Shown: positions 9,248 through 19,243 of the stretch, one piece after another | Layout: every line of letters begins with the position of its first letter | Position numbering within the stretch: position 1 is the first letter of the stretch | DNA from: Actinomycetes bacterium | GTDB taxonomy: Bacteria; Actinomycetota; Acidimicrobiia; Acidimicrobiales; Palsa-688 | Assembly: GCA_021787035.1 (NCBI GenBank) | Contig: JAJYMM010000097.1 | Location: forward strand, 1-63,714 | DNA length: 63,714 nucleotides | Reading direction: 5' to 3' | Position numbers and translations under genes: made by a program | Notes under the pieces: model-generated | What the model was told of the DNA's origin: nothing | Databases searched by the model: none | Seen by the model: the letters and a program-made list of their open reading frames with translations, nothing else

Positions 9248-12200
9248 TTAGCCCGCTGGTACCTCTCTGTTCCATAGGCACGAAGCCCCGAGCAACACTC
9301 GGAGCTCTGCCAGCAGCCCAGGCGACGCCTCCACGTTGAACTCAGCAGGTAGCCGCACCACCTTCTCCCCGACATGGAGCAGGACCGGCGACCCCCCGGG
9401 GTGCTCACCTAACAGCTCCCTCAGGCGCGACAGGCGGGCGTCGTCCATGGCGCCGGCTGGGACGGTCACACGGAGGGGCTCGGCTCCGTCCAGGGAAAGC
9501 TGCGGGCGCTTAAGCTCCGAGCAGATCAGCTTGGGGGCCTCGTCTCGCTGGTCGAGCCTCCCTTTCACGAAAACCACGGCATCGTCGCCCAACAGGTGCC
9601 CGACGTCAGACATCGTGCGAGGGAAGACGAAGACCTCGATCGAGCTCTCAAGGTCCTCGAGCACGAAGGTCGCCATCAGTTCTCCCCGCTTGGTGTACTT
9701 GCGGGTCAGCCCCGTTACCACGCCACCGACCCACGGGCCGCCCTTCCAGCCTCCTCCCCCGCCGAAGCCCCTGTCCTGCCCAACACTGGCCTGCCCAAGA
9801 CTGGCCTGCCCAAGACTGGCCTGCCCAACATTGGCCTGCCCAACATTGGCCTGCCCAACATTGGCCTGCCCAACACTGGCCTGCCCGCCGGGCCCGCCGT
9901 CGGCCCCCTCGCGGCTACCCGCCTCGTCGCGCAGGTCGAGGATCGTGCAGTCGGCGTGGCGGCGCAGTGCCGCCTCCGCCCCGACGAGGGGGTGGTCGCT
10001 CACATAGAGGCCGAGCATCTCCTTCTCGAACGCGAGCTTCGTGTGCTTGTCAAACTCCATGTCCGGGATGGGCACCCTGGCGTCGTCGAAGCCACCATCG
10101 GCGCCGTCGGCACCACCGAAGAGGCTGAGGACGCCTTGGTCGGCCTCCTTCCGGCGAGCGAGGGTGCGGTCTACGACCTGCTCGAACACGAGGCAAAGCC
10201 CCTGGCGGGGATGCCCGAGGGAATCGAAGGCGCCCGCTTTCACGAGCGACTCGACCGTGCGTTTGTTGAGCACCATCGGGTCCACCCGCCGGCAGAAATC
10301 GTAGAAGTCCGTGAAGGGGCCGCCCGCGGACCGCTCGGCCAGGATCCGCTCGACCAGGCCCTCGCCCACATTGCGGATCGCCGACAGCCCAAAGGGGATG
10401 GCGCCGGCGCTCCTGGAGCCGCCTGCGCCCTCTACGGCCGGCGCACCGGCCTCGGTACCCTTGCACGTGGCGGAGGCAGGGCTAGCCCGCACCGCGGTGA
10501 AGTCAGAGGCCGACAGGTTGACGTCGGGCACGAGGACCTCGACCCCCATCTGGCGGCACTCGGCCAGGTACACCCCGAGCTTGTCTTTGTCGTCCTTTAC
10601 GCTCGTGAGCAGGGCAGCCATGTACTCGATCGGGTGGTTGGCCTTCAACCAGGCCGTCCAGTAGCAGACGAAGGCGTAGCCGAACGCATGGCTTTTGTTG
10701 AACGCGTAGTCGGCAAAGGGCTCGATCAGGTCGAAGACGGCATTGCCGAGCTCAGTCCCGTAGCCGGTCTTCTCGCAGCCAGCGACGAACTTCTCGCGCT
10801 CCTTGGCCATGATCTCCCGGACCTTCTTGCCCGCAGCCTTGCGGAGGGTATCGGCCTCTGCGAGCGAATAGCCAGCTATACGCTGCGCCACCCGCATCAT
10901 CGACTCCTGGTAGACCATGAGGCCGTAGGTGTCCGCTAGGACCTCGGCCATGTCGGGGTGGAGGGAGGCCACGGGCTTGCGGCCGTTTTTCCTGTCCGCA
11001 AAGTCGTAGTGCATGTTGGCCGCCATCGGCCCGGGGCGGTAAAGAGCATTGACGGCCGCTACGTCGTCGATGCATGTGGGGCCGACCGCACGGAGGAGCG
11101 CCCGCATGTTGACGCCTTCCATCTGGAACACCCCTACCGTGTCCCCCTGCCGGAAGAGCTCGAAGGTGGCCTCGTCGTCGAAGGGCAGCGCGTCGAGGTC
11201 CGGCCGGTCCCCTGTGTTGGCCTCCACGAGGTCGAGCGTGCGCTCGATCACCGAGAGGTTGCGCAGGCCGAGGAAGTCCATCTTCAAGAGGCCCAGCTCC
11301 TCGACCCCGTGCATCTCGTACTGGGTCACGATCGGCGCGTCCTCCGGGCGCCCACCAGGCTCGGGTTTGCGCTGGATAGGCATGTGCTCGGTGAGCGGGT
11401 CGGAGGAGATCACGACGGCGGCGGCGTGGATCCCGTCCTGGCGGCGCAGGCCCTCGAGGCCCATGGCCACGTCGACCACCCTCTTCACGTCCGGGTCGCT
11501 CGCGTACAGCTCGCGCAGTTCGAAGGCGACCTTGTAGCCATCGGAGTACTTGGGGTCCTCTTTGAAGCAGGCCCAAAGAGGGGTGTCGCGCCCCATCACG
11601 AGCGGGGGCATCAGCTTGGCGACCCGGTCGCCCATGCCGTAGGGGTAACCGAGCACCCTGGCTGCGTCCCTCACGGCGGCCCGCGCCTTTATCGTCGAGA
11701 AGGTAACTATCTGCGCGACGTGGTCCCAACCCCAGCGCTCGGACGCGTAGCGGATCATCTCGCCCCGGTAGCGCTCGTCGAAGTCCATGTCGATGTCGGG
11801 CATCTGCCTGCGACCAGGGTTCAAGAACCTCTCGAATATGAGGTCGTAGCTCAGGGGGTCGATGGCCACGATGTGAAGGCAGTACGCCACGCAGCTGCCC
11901 GCCGCGCTCCCCCGGCCCGGCCCGACCCTGATCCCGTTTTCCCTTGCGTGGCGGATCAGGTCCCACACGACGAGGAAGTAGTCCGAAAACCCCATCGAAG
12001 CTATTACACCGAGCTCGTAGTCGAGCCGCTCCGCCACTTTGGCCGGCACCGGCGACCCGTAGCGCTCGGCCGCGCCCTCGTAGGTCAGGTGCCGCAGGTA
12101 CTCATCGGAACCCGAAAAGCCCTCCGGCAGTGGGAAAGCAGGCAACTTGGGTTTGCCCAGCTCGATCGTGACGCCTGCTCGTTCGGCAACCCAAAGCGTG

Positions 12201-13033
12201 TTGTCGCAGGCTTCGGGGAGGTCTGAAAAGACGGCCCGCATCTCGCCAGCAGTCTTCAGGTAGTGCTCCGAGCCCTCGAAGCGGAAGCGCTTGGGGTCGT
12301 CCATGTTGGAAGCGGTCTGGACGCACAGGAGGGCGTCGTGGGCGAGGTGGTCCTCCCTCGTCGTGTAGTGGCTGTCGTTGGTGGCGACGAGCGGTGCCCC
12401 GATGTGCCGGGCTATCTCGACGAGCTGCGGGTTGGTCTTCCTCTGCTGCTCCATTCCGTGGTCTTGGAGCTCGATGAAAAAGTTGTCGCGGCCGAATATG
12501 TCCTGGAGCCTTGCTGCGTGAGCGGTTGCCCGCTCGAAATCGCCGTGGAGGAGGGCTTGGGTGACCACCCCGCCGAGGCATCCCGAGCTCGCGATCACCC
12601 CCTCGTGGTAGCGCTCAAGCAGCTCCCAGTCACAGCGGGGCTTGTAGAAATAACCCGACAGGTACGCCTCGGAGGACAGCTTCATCAGGTTTTTGTAGCC
12701 CCGGTTGTCCTCCGCCAGAAGGGTCAGGTGGTAGTAGAGCTTCTCGCCCCCCTCGCCTTCGCCGCCGGTGTCGTCAAGACGCCCCCTGCGCGCCGGGCGC
12801 TCCAGGCGGCTCTCGCCCGCCATGTAGGCCTCGATCCCGATCACGGGCTTGATGCCCTCCGCCTGCGCCGCCTTGTAGAAGTCGAGGACCCCGTACATGT
12901 TGCCATGGTCGGTGATCGCGATGGCCGGCTGGCCGTCCCTCGCCGCTCGCTTCACCACCTCCCCAACCCTCGCCGCCCCGTCGAGCATCGAGAACTCCGT
13001 GTGGAGGTGCAGATGGGCGAACGAAGAACTCAT
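9248..13033 (-). CDS. dnaE: DNA polymerase III alpha subunit DnaE1
   Basis: PHP domain (HLHLHTEFSMLDGA), polymerase core and a C-terminal OB fold. It is 1261 aa and includes a repeat insertion. Confidence 0.95.
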   Translation of the reverse strand: MSSSFAHLHLHTEFSMLDGAARVGEVVKRAARDGQPAIAITDHGNMYGVLDFYKAAQAEGIKPVIGIEAYMAGESRLERPARRGRLDDTGGEGEGGEKLYYHLTLLAEDNRGYKNLMKLSSEAYLSGYFYKPRCDWELLERYHEGVIASSGCLGGVVTQALLHGDFERATAHAARLQDIFGRDNFFIELQDHGMEQQRKTNPQLVEIARHIGAPLVATNDSHYTTREDHLAHDALLCVQTASNMDDPKRFRFEGSEHYLKTAGEMRAVFSDLPEACDNTLWVAERAGVTIELGKPKLPAFPLPEGFSGSDEYLRHLTYEGAAERYGSPVPAKVAERLDYELGVIASMGFSDYFLVVWDLIRHARENGIRVGPGRGSAAGSCVAYCLHIVAIDPLSYDLIFERFLNPGRRQMPDIDMDFDERYRGEMIRYASERWGWDHVAQIVTFSTIKARAAVRDAARVLGYPYGMGDRVAKLMPPLVMGRDTPLWACFKEDPKYSDGYKVAFELRELYASDPDVKRVVDVAMGLEGLRRQDGIHAAAVVISSDPLTEHMPIQRKPEPGGRPEDAPIVTQYEMHGVEELGLLKMDFLGLRNLSVIERTLDLVEANTGDRPDLDALPFDDEATFELFRQGDTVGVFQMEGVNMRALLRAVGPTCIDDVAAVNALYRPGPMAANMHYDFADRKNGRKPVASLHPDMAEVLADTYGLMVYQESMMRVAQRIAGYSLAEADTLRKAAGKKVREIMAKEREKFVAGCEKTGYGTELGNAVFDLIEPFADYAFNKSHAFGYAFVCYWTAWLKANHPIEYMAALLTSVKDDKDKLGVYLAECRQMGVEVLVPDVNLSASDFTAVRASPASATCKGTEAGAPAVEGAGGSRSAGAIPFGLSAIRNVGEGLVERILAERSAGGPFTDFYDFCRRVDPMVLNKRTVESLVKAGAFDSLGHPRQGLCLVFEQVVDRTLARRKEADQGVLSLFGGADGADGGFDDARVPIPDMEFDKHTKLAFEKEMLGLYVSDHPLVGAEAALRRHADCTILDLRDEAGSREGADGGPGGQASVGQANVGQANVGQANVGQASLGQASLGQASVGQDRGFGGGGGWKGGPWVGGVVTGLTRKYTKRGELMATFVLEDLESSIEVFVFPRTMSDVGHLLGDDAVVFVKGRLDQRDEAPKLICSELKRPQLSLDGAEPLRVTVPAGAMDDARLSRLRELLGEHPGGSPVLLHVGEKVVRLPAEFNVEASPGLLAELRVLLGASCLWNREVPAG
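9775..9895. repeat. 15-bp tandem repeat x8 inside dnaE (CTGCCCAACACTGGC and variants)
   Basis: Direct reading. It encodes an in-frame (GQANV/GQASL)n insertion just before the DnaE C-terminal OB domain. Confidence 0.9.
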
Positions 13034-13235
13034 TTTTCCGGTCTCCCTGAGGGTTGCTGAACCAAGATTACAACGGTGTGGTCCTCCACAAAGCTAGCAC
13101 CGCAGCCCGCCGGCGAGCCCCGTGGCGTGGCGCCTCCTCGGAGCTTTGCCCGCTCCGGAGCACCAAAAACCGCTCCTTGCCCAGCTCCGAGCTACGGCTC
13201 GCGACAAGGCTTGAGCCGCCCGCCTTGGCACCGGC

Positions 13236-13775
13236 TCACAAGTACGTGCCGGGCATGGGGCGCTCGTCTCTGTCGTCCCTCGCCGATGGCAGCGCTCGCC
13301 GGCGGGCGTCCTCGACAGCGGCGCGCTGGGCCATCTGTTGCGCGTACATGGTTGCCTGGATACCGGCGAAGAGGCCTTCGAGCCACCCGACCAGCTGAGC
13401 TTGGGCGACGCGCAACTCCGACTCGCTCGGCACCGAGCCCGGGTTGAAAGGCGGCGCTATCCGCCTTAGCTCGTCAACGAGCTCAGATGAGAGCCCGTCT
13501 TGGAGCTCGCGCCTCGAGGTGTCGTAGATCTCGGCCAGGCGCGCCCGGCCGGCCTCGTCCAGGGGAGCCTGGCGGGCTTCCTCGAGGAGCTGGCGGATCA
13601 TCGAACCGATCCTCATGACCTTGGCCGGCCTCTCGACGCTCTCGGTCGTCTCCTGCCCCTCCTCGCCATGGACCTGAGCCTCATGCGGGAGCGTTTCCGG
13701 CACTTCGGTCGGGACGGTCTGGACGACCAACAGCCGTGGTTCCTTGTCGGGCGAGTCGCTCATATCAATACCCAT
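13236..13775 (-). CDS. bpa: Bacterial proteasome activator Bpa (PafE)
   Basis: Near-identical core to mycobacterial Bpa (PAKVMRIG.MI.QLLEE...RIAQAQLVGWLEGLF.GIQ). The C-terminus is GTYL, where the canonical motif is GQYL. The start is at MGIDMSD (ORF 13236..14003). Confidence 0.8.
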   Translation of the reverse strand: MGIDMSDSPDKEPRLLVVQTVPTEVPETLPHEAQVHGEEGQETTESVERPAKVMRIGSMIRQLLEEARQAPLDEAGRARLAEIYDTSRRELQDGLSSELVDELRRIAPPFNPGSVPSESELRVAQAQLVGWLEGLFAGIQATMYAQQMAQRAAVEDARRRALPSARDDRDERPMPGTYL

Positions 13776-13971
13776 CTTGCCCCAAGGCGCGCCGCGTGCG
13801 AGAGACCGGCGGGAGGCTCCCAGGGCGGTAGCGTGCTCCGCCGGGCATGTGCTGGTAGCGCGCCCGGGGTTGGAGGGGCCTGTGTGCTGTGCCGAAACAT
13901 CTGATCGCCGTGAGGAAGGGCCGGAAGGGATCCTCGGAGGCGGTGGGAGCGCGCCCGGCACGTCGTCGGCG

Positions 13972-15144
13972 GTATTGCACCGCGACAACCCGCTTGCGGC
14001 CACTGCCGCTCTCGGCGCTCTCGCCGCAGCCGCGTTTGCCTACGTCACCACCGAGAGCCTCCCGGTGGGCCTCCTCCAGCCCATCTCGCACGGCCTCCAC
14101 TCTTCGCTCGTGGCCACGGGTCGGCTCGTGACCGTGTACGCCGCCATCAACGTGGTACTTTCGGCCCCCCTCGCCCACTTGACCAGAGGCCTGCCGAGGA
14201 AGGCCACGATGTGCGCCCTCATGGCCGCACTCGTTCTCACCTCGCTCGCCGCATCTGCCGCACCCGGCTACGGCTGGCTGATGGTTGTGCGCGTCGTGAC
14301 GGCGCTCGGCCAGGCGGTGTTCTGGGCGCTAGTCATCCCAACCGCCGCCAGCTTGTTCCCAGAAGGCATGACAGGTCGTGCCGTGGGTTGGGTCCTCGGG
14401 GGAGCCTCGCTGGCAGTCGTGCTCGGCGTCCCAGCCGGTACGTGGCTCGGGCAGCTGGCCGGCTGGCGTGCTGCTTTCATCGGCGTTGCCGTTCTCGCCG
14501 GCGCCGTCGCGGTCCCGATCGCGCTGGCCCTCCCCACTTACCACCCCGCCGAGACCCACGCCGGGACCGGCTCCGCACCCGACCGGCGCCGCTACCGCCT
14601 CGCGATGGCGACCACCGCCCTATCGATCGGCGGGTTCTTTTGCATGTACACCTACGTGAGCCCCTTCCTCACGAAGGTCGCGGGCCTAGCGCTCCATGAC
14701 GTCCCAGCGGTCCTCCTCATCACCGGGGGCGCCACCGTCGGTGGTGTCTTCGCTGGGTCGGTCGTCTCGCGGCGGCGACCGGACATCGCCCCCCTCATAC
14801 CAGTCGCCGTCATGGCGCCGTCTCTCATCGCCCTGTACTTCACGGGCCGCGTGCTGCCCGCGGCCATTGCGTTCACCGCCACCGCCTGCATCTCTCTCGG
14901 CGCTTATGACGTCAGCAACCAAAACCGCGTCCTCGAGGTGGCGCCCGCAAGCACCGACGTGGCCTCGGCGTGGGCCTCTGCCTCGTTCAATATGGGCATC
15001 GCCGGCGGCTCCCTCGCCGGCGGGTTGGTCCTCCACGGTTACGGGCCTCGGCCGACGGCCCTACTCGGCGGGTTGGTGGCTTTGGTCGCGCTCTTGGTAG
15101 CGGGGGCCGCCGTTCGCCGGCCGCGCCGCGCAGCGGTGCTCTGA
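13972..15144 (+). CDS. MFS transporter (12 TMS, sugar/drug efflux type)
   Basis: 12 hydrophobic segments in an MFS fold. The first ~76 codons of ORF 13744..15144 overlap bpa and are probably not translated. Confidence 0.7.
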   Translation, partial: VLHRDNPLAATAALGALAAAAFAYVTTESLPVGLLQPISHGLHSSLVATGRLVTVYAAINVVLSAPLAHLTRGLPRKATMCALMAALVLTSLAASAAPGYGWLMVVRVVTALGQAVFWALVIPTAASLFPEGMTGRAVGWVLGGASLAVVLGVPAGTWLGQLAGWRAAFIGVAVLAGAVAVPIALALPTYHPAETHAGTGSAPDRRRYRLAMATTALSIGGFFCMYTYVSPFLTKVAGLALHDVPAVLLITGGATVGGVFAGSVVSRRRPDIAPLIPVAVMAPSLIALYFTGRVLPAAIAFTATACISLGAYDVSNQNRVLEVAPASTDVASAWASASFNMGIAGGSLAGGLVLHGYGPRPTALLGGLVALVALLVAGAAVRRPRRAAVL

Positions 15145-15145
15145 C

Positions 15146-15209
15146 CTCATCTGGCAGGCCTCTCATCTGGCAGGCCTCTCATCTGGCAGGCCTCTCATCT
15201 GGCAGGCCC
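15146..15209. repeat. 16-bp tandem repeat x4 (CTCATCTGGCAGGCCT), intergenic, immediately after the MFS stop
   Basis: Direct reading. Confidence 0.9.
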
Positions 15210-15248
15210 GTCAATGTGGCAAGTGGCCGCCGGAGCGGCGCTCAGGCC

Positions 15249-15464
15249 TCAGAGAGGCGTTACGGAGCGCGCCTCCCAGACTCCCAAGTGACCAGGGGCA
15301 ACCTCGAAGGTCACCTCGGCACCGACCGCAATATCGCGCGTGCCTCCAGCGATCTCCGTGCAATGGAACGCGAGCAGGCGGCCGTCTCCCCCCCTGAGCT
15401 CGCCGAGACCGGCCTCTCGGTCGAAGCGCTCGACCTTTCCTCTCGCCACCCGTCCCATCGCCAC
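15249..15464 (-). CDS. divergent cold-shock-domain (CSD/S1-like) protein
   Basis: 71 aa with the pattern GKV.RFD...G.G.L.G.DG..L.FHCTEI, CSD-like with degenerate RNP motifs. Confidence 0.5.
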   Translation of the reverse strand: MAMGRVARGKVERFDREAGLGELRGGDGRLLAFHCTEIAGGTRDIAVGAEVTFEVAPGHLGVWEARSVTPL

Positions 15465-15507
15465 CGAGCCCTCCTCCTAAGTAAACCTCTCTCTCACACG
15501 CGCTGGC

Positions 15508-15993
15508 TCAGTGCGGCCGTTCGCCGGCGAGGAGGTCGAGCGCGTGCGGGATCAAGTCTGTCAGGACAGCGAGGGACTCGAGCGCTCCCTTGGGTGAGCC
15601 CGGGAGGTTGACGACCAGAGCACGGCCGCGCACGCCGGCGATACCCCTGGACAGCGGCGCGAGCGGACCGGACCGGCGCATCAGTTCGCCGAACCCAGGG
15701 GCCGCCCGTTCGATGACCTCCGCAGTGCCCTCGGGCGTTTGGTCGCGCGGGCCGAAACCGGTGCCACCAGTCGTAACGATGAGACCAGCGAAGCCCGACG
15801 CCAGCCGCACGAGGTCGCCGGCCACCGATGCCACTCCGTCGGCAGTGAGCGCCTGCTCGATGACCTCGAACCCCGACCCTTCGAGGGCCCGCGCCACCGC
15901 CGGCCCGCTCTCGTCCTCGCGCTCGCCGCGCATGGCCGAGTCCGACACGGTGAGCACCTTGGCCTGATAGGTCACCTTGGCCTGATAGGTCAC
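15508..15993 (-). CDS. mogA: molybdenum cofactor biosynthesis protein MogA/MoaB
   Basis: Motifs GGTGFGPRD...PGFGE...LSRG.AG.RG..LV.NLPGSP. A GTG start with a GGAG Shine-Dalgarno (SD) sequence sits at 15993. An 18-bp direct repeat encoding VTYQAK twice lies at the 5' end. Confidence 0.75.
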   Translation of the reverse strand: MTYQAKVTYQAKVLTVSDSAMRGEREDESGPAVARALEGSGFEVIEQALTADGVASVAGDLVRLASGFAGLIVTTGGTGFGPRDQTPEGTAEVIERAAPGFGELMRRSGPLAPLSRGIAGVRGRALVVNLPGSPKGALESLAVLTDLIPHALDLLAGERPH

Positions 15994-16063
15994 CTTCGCT
16001 CCCCGGTCGGCCCCAGCGGGGCGCTCATATGAATACCAGTCATATCTCGGCCAGCTTCGCAGC

Positions 16064-16732
16064 TCATAAGCTGCCTGACCCGATCGCGGCCGCTGCCGCC
16101 TCCCGGATGCTCCGAGCAGCGGCGACCCGGTCGGCCTGGCCAAATATCGCGCTGCCCGCTACGAGGAGCCTGGCGCCAGCGCGTACAACCGCCGGGACCG
16201 TGGCCGCGTCAATACCCCCGTCCACCTGGATCTCGACAGCAAGACCCTTTTCGTCTATTGCCTTCCGGGCGCGTCCCACCTTGCCGACGACCTCCTCGAT
16301 GAAGCTCTGGCCACCGAACCCAGGGTGGACGGTCATGAGCAAGAGCAGGTCGATCTCCTCCAGCCACGGCTCGGCTTCTTCGAATGCGGTCTCGGGGTTT
16401 ACCGCCAGACCTGCCCCGAGGCCAAGGGACCGCATCTTGGCGACCAGCTCACCAGTCCCCCCGACCTCGACATGCACGCTGCACCCATCGGCGCCGGCAT
16501 CGCGAAAGGCCTCGAGGTACTGGCCCGGGTCGTCCATCATCAGATGGCAGTCGAGGTAAAGGTCTGTGTGCCGGCGGATCCAGGCCACCACCGGCGGCCC
16601 GATCGTGAGGTTGGGCACGAAGTGGGCGTCCATCACGTCCACGTGCAACACGTCGGCCTCTTGCCTGACGCTCTCGATCTCCTCGGCGAGACGGGCGTAG
16701 TCGGCCGAGAGGATGGACGGGGCCACCCGTAC
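16064..16732 (-). CDS. rpe: ribulose-phosphate 3-epimerase
   Basis: Motifs VAPSILSADYARL...HVDVMDAHFVPNLT...MTVHPGFGGQ. The 5' 75 codons of ORF 16064..16957 are unlikely to be coding. Confidence 0.85.
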   Translation of the reverse strand, partial: VRVAPSILSADYARLAEEIESVRQEADVLHVDVMDAHFVPNLTIGPPVVAWIRRHTDLYLDCHLMMDDPGQYLEAFRDAGADGCSVHVEVGGTGELVAKMRSLGLGAGLAVNPETAFEEAEPWLEEIDLLLLMTVHPGFGGQSFIEEVVGKVGRARKAIDEKGLAVEIQVDGGIDAATVPAVVRAGARLLVAGSAIFGQADRVAAARSIREAAAAAIGSGSL

Positions 16733-16813
16733 CGATCCTGGGCGACCCGCCGCAACCGGGTAAGGCAGTCGTGGCACCCGGCCGAAGCTAGTACGAACCC
16801 GCCGCCACCGGGG

Positions 16814-16866
16814 CCATCGGAGGGGGCCATCGGAGGGGGCCAAGGGAGGGGGCCAATGGAGGGGGC
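16814..16866. repeat. 13-bp tandem repeat x4 (CCATCGGAGGGGG and variants) upstream of rpe
   Basis: Direct reading; period 13. Confidence 0.85.
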
Positions 16867-16939
16867 TCGCGCCCGAAAGCGACCTCCCGCGAGCCGCGAT
16901 CGCCGAGAGTTCCGGCGCGTCGGTGGTTAACTGGCCATC

Positions 16940-17677
16940 ATGGCAGGTGAGGGCCACCCAACCAATGACCCTGGCGTGACCAATGACCCTGGCGTGACCA
17001 ATGTCTTGCTTATCGACGACGATGCCCGCATCAGGGCATCGCTCGGGATGCTCCTGCGCAGGGACGGCTACGCCGTCTCAGAGGCCGCAAGCGGCGAGGA
17101 AGGGCTCCATGCCTTCGCTGAAGAGGGCCCCGACGTGGTCCTCGTGGACCTCCTCCTCCCAGACATGGACGGCTACGAGGTGACACGCGAGCTGCGTCGG
17201 GCAAGCAACGTCCCCGTCATCGTCATATCGGCAAGGACGGGCACCGACGACATCGTGCTCGGCCTCGAGGCGGGCGCCGACGACTACCTGACCAAGCCGG
17301 TGATGCCGCGCGAACTGCCCGCGCGCATCCGCGCGCTCATGCGCCGGGCCCAGCTGTCCGCCTCGGGTGGCACGAGCCTCACTCTCGGCGACCTCGAGAT
17401 CCTCCCCCACGCTGGCGTCGTCAAGAAGGCCGGCGTACCAGTGGCGCTCACCCGGACAGAGCTTCGCCTCCTCTGCGAGCTCGCATCCCAGCCCGGCTGG
17501 GTCCTTTCACGGGCACAGCTCCTGGAACGCGTCTGGGGTTACGACTACTTCGGCGACACCCGCCTTGTCGACGTCCACGTCGGGCGCCTCCGTACGAAGA
17601 TCGAGACCGACCCCACCAACCCCGCGCTCATCCTCACGATCAGAGGGCTCGGCTACAAGCTCGAACCGCCCCAATGA
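16940..17677 (+). CDS. mtrA: OmpR-family response regulator, MtrA ortholog
   Basis: REC domain plus a winged helix. The C-terminus LLERVWGYDYFGDTRLVDVHVGRLRTKIETDPTNPALILTIRGLGYK closely matches MtrA. An 18-bp repeat at the 5' end encodes TNDPGV twice. Confidence 0.85.
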   Translation: MAGEGHPTNDPGVTNDPGVTNVLLIDDDARIRASLGMLLRRDGYAVSEAASGEEGLHAFAEEGPDVVLVDLLLPDMDGYEVTRELRRASNVPVIVISARTGTDDIVLGLEAGADDYLTKPVMPRELPARIRALMRRAQLSASGGTSLTLGDLEILPHAGVVKKAGVPVALTRTELRLLCELASQPGWVLSRAQLLERVWGYDYFGDTRLVDVHVGRLRTKIETDPTNPALILTIRGLGYKLEPPQ

Positions 17678-19215
17678 CCCAACGACCGCGGTCCGGGCAG
17701 CGGGGCTGGCAGCGCTTCGGGCTGCGCGCTCGGGTCAGTGCCGCGTTCGCAGCGGGCGCGGCCCTCCTTTCCGCGGCCCTCGCCACGGTCACCTTCGCCG
17801 TCACCGACCACTACCTATTGGCCAGGCAGCTGCAAAACGCCGTGCACGAGACCTACGCCGACGCCCGTGTCGTCCACCGTGACCTGCTCCGGGGGGGCCC
17901 GAACATCGGCGGCGTCCTCTCGTCACTGACCGCTCCCGAGGGCACGGCCGCCTACTTGTACCAAGACCGCGAGTGGTACTCGGCGGCCATTGCGTTCGGC
18001 TACGGCCCGAGGACATCGCGCCCTGCCGGGGTCCCCCGAGCCCTCGTAGACCTCGTCAGGACCGGCCAGCCAGCGCGCCAGGAGGCCATCGTCGGGAACG
18101 AACCAGTAGTGACGGTCGGCGTTCCCCTGGACTCTGTCGGCGCGGATTTCTTCGAGGTCTACTCGCTTGCCCAGCTGTCGCACAACCTTCAGTTGCTCGC
18201 CTGGGTACTCTTCGGGTGCGCAGCAGCGACCTCCGCCGGCGGCCTCGTCGTCGGCCGGTGGGCAAGCGCCCGGTTGGTGCGACCCCTCCAAGAGATCGCC
18301 GACGTCGCTGCGGCGATCGCTGGAGGGGAGCTCGGTACCCGCCTGCCCTCGGGCGGCGGCCCCGAGATCGCAGTGCTGTCCGCGTCGTTCAACGAGATGG
18401 TCGGCGCTCTGGAGGAAAGGATCAAGCGCGACGCGCGCTTCGCGTCCGACGTGAGCCACGAGCTGCGCTCCCCGCTCACGACCATCCAGGCGGGGATAGA
18501 GGTCCTCCGCTCAGCCGAGGCCAGCCTCCCCCCCGATGCCCGAAGCGCCCTCGAGCTCCTCTCGGCAGAAGTGAGCCGCTTTTCGGCGATGGTGCAAGAC
18601 CTGCTCGAGATGTCCCGGTTCGACGCCGGCTCCCCCGGCTTGGACTTCGAGGAGCTTCGCGTCGACGAGCTCGTCGCCAGCACGGTCTCCGCCTACACAG
18701 CCAGCGCCGTCCCCGTGATCGTGGAACCCGGCGCCACGGACATGTGGGCCCTCGCCGACCGGCGCCGGCTCCAGCGCGTCCTGGTCAACCTCTTGGACAA
18801 CGCCACGGCCTACGGCGGCGGCGCCGTCGCCGTCCGCGTCGAGCGCCGTAGCGACCCGGCCCCGAGCGGAGAAGCAGCCGTCGTCGTGGAAGACGCAGGC
18901 CCGGGGGTGCCTGCGCGCGAGCGCTCGGCCATCTTCGAGCGCTTTTACCGGGGGGCCGCCGCGGGGCGCCGAGGCGCGAGCACCGGCACCGGCCTCGGCC
19001 TCGCTCTCGTAGCCGAGCACGTGAAGGCCCACGGCGGCAGGATCGAAGTCGCCGACCGCCCTGGGGGCGGGGCCCGGTTCGTGGTCCACTTACCGCTCAG
19101 CGCCGTTCCCCAGCCACCACCGCCTGAGCACGGCCAGCGGGCCGCGGAGGACACGCCACCCGAGCCGCCAAACGCACACGCCGGCGCCCCGGCAGGCGTG
19201 AGCGGGCAGGGATGA
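17674..19215 (+). CDS. mtrB: sensor histidine kinase MtrB-like
   Basis: HAMP, HisKA (SHELRSPLTTI) and HATPase_c domains. It overlaps mtrA by 4 bp. Confidence 0.85.
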   Translation: MTQRPRSGQRGWQRFGLRARVSAAFAAGAALLSAALATVTFAVTDHYLLARQLQNAVHETYADARVVHRDLLRGGPNIGGVLSSLTAPEGTAAYLYQDREWYSAAIAFGYGPRTSRPAGVPRALVDLVRTGQPARQEAIVGNEPVVTVGVPLDSVGADFFEVYSLAQLSHNLQLLAWVLFGCAAATSAGGLVVGRWASARLVRPLQEIADVAAAIAGGELGTRLPSGGGPEIAVLSASFNEMVGALEERIKRDARFASDVSHELRSPLTTIQAGIEVLRSAEASLPPDARSALELLSAEVSRFSAMVQDLLEMSRFDAGSPGLDFEELRVDELVASTVSAYTASAVPVIVEPGATDMWALADRRRLQRVLVNLLDNATAYGGGAVAVRVERRSDPAPSGEAAVVVEDAGPGVPARERSAIFERFYRGAAAGRRGASTGTGLGLALVAEHVKAHGGRIEVADRPGGGARFVVHLPLSAVPQPPPPEHGQRAAEDTPPEPPNAHAGAPAGVSGQG

Positions 19216-19243
19216 ACGACCCGCCAGGCAAGGGTGGCCCTCA

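Noticed and set aside
13744-13971. 5' extension of the MFS ORF
   Set aside because: It overlaps the well-supported bpa gene on the opposite strand. The hydrophobic MFS core starts later.
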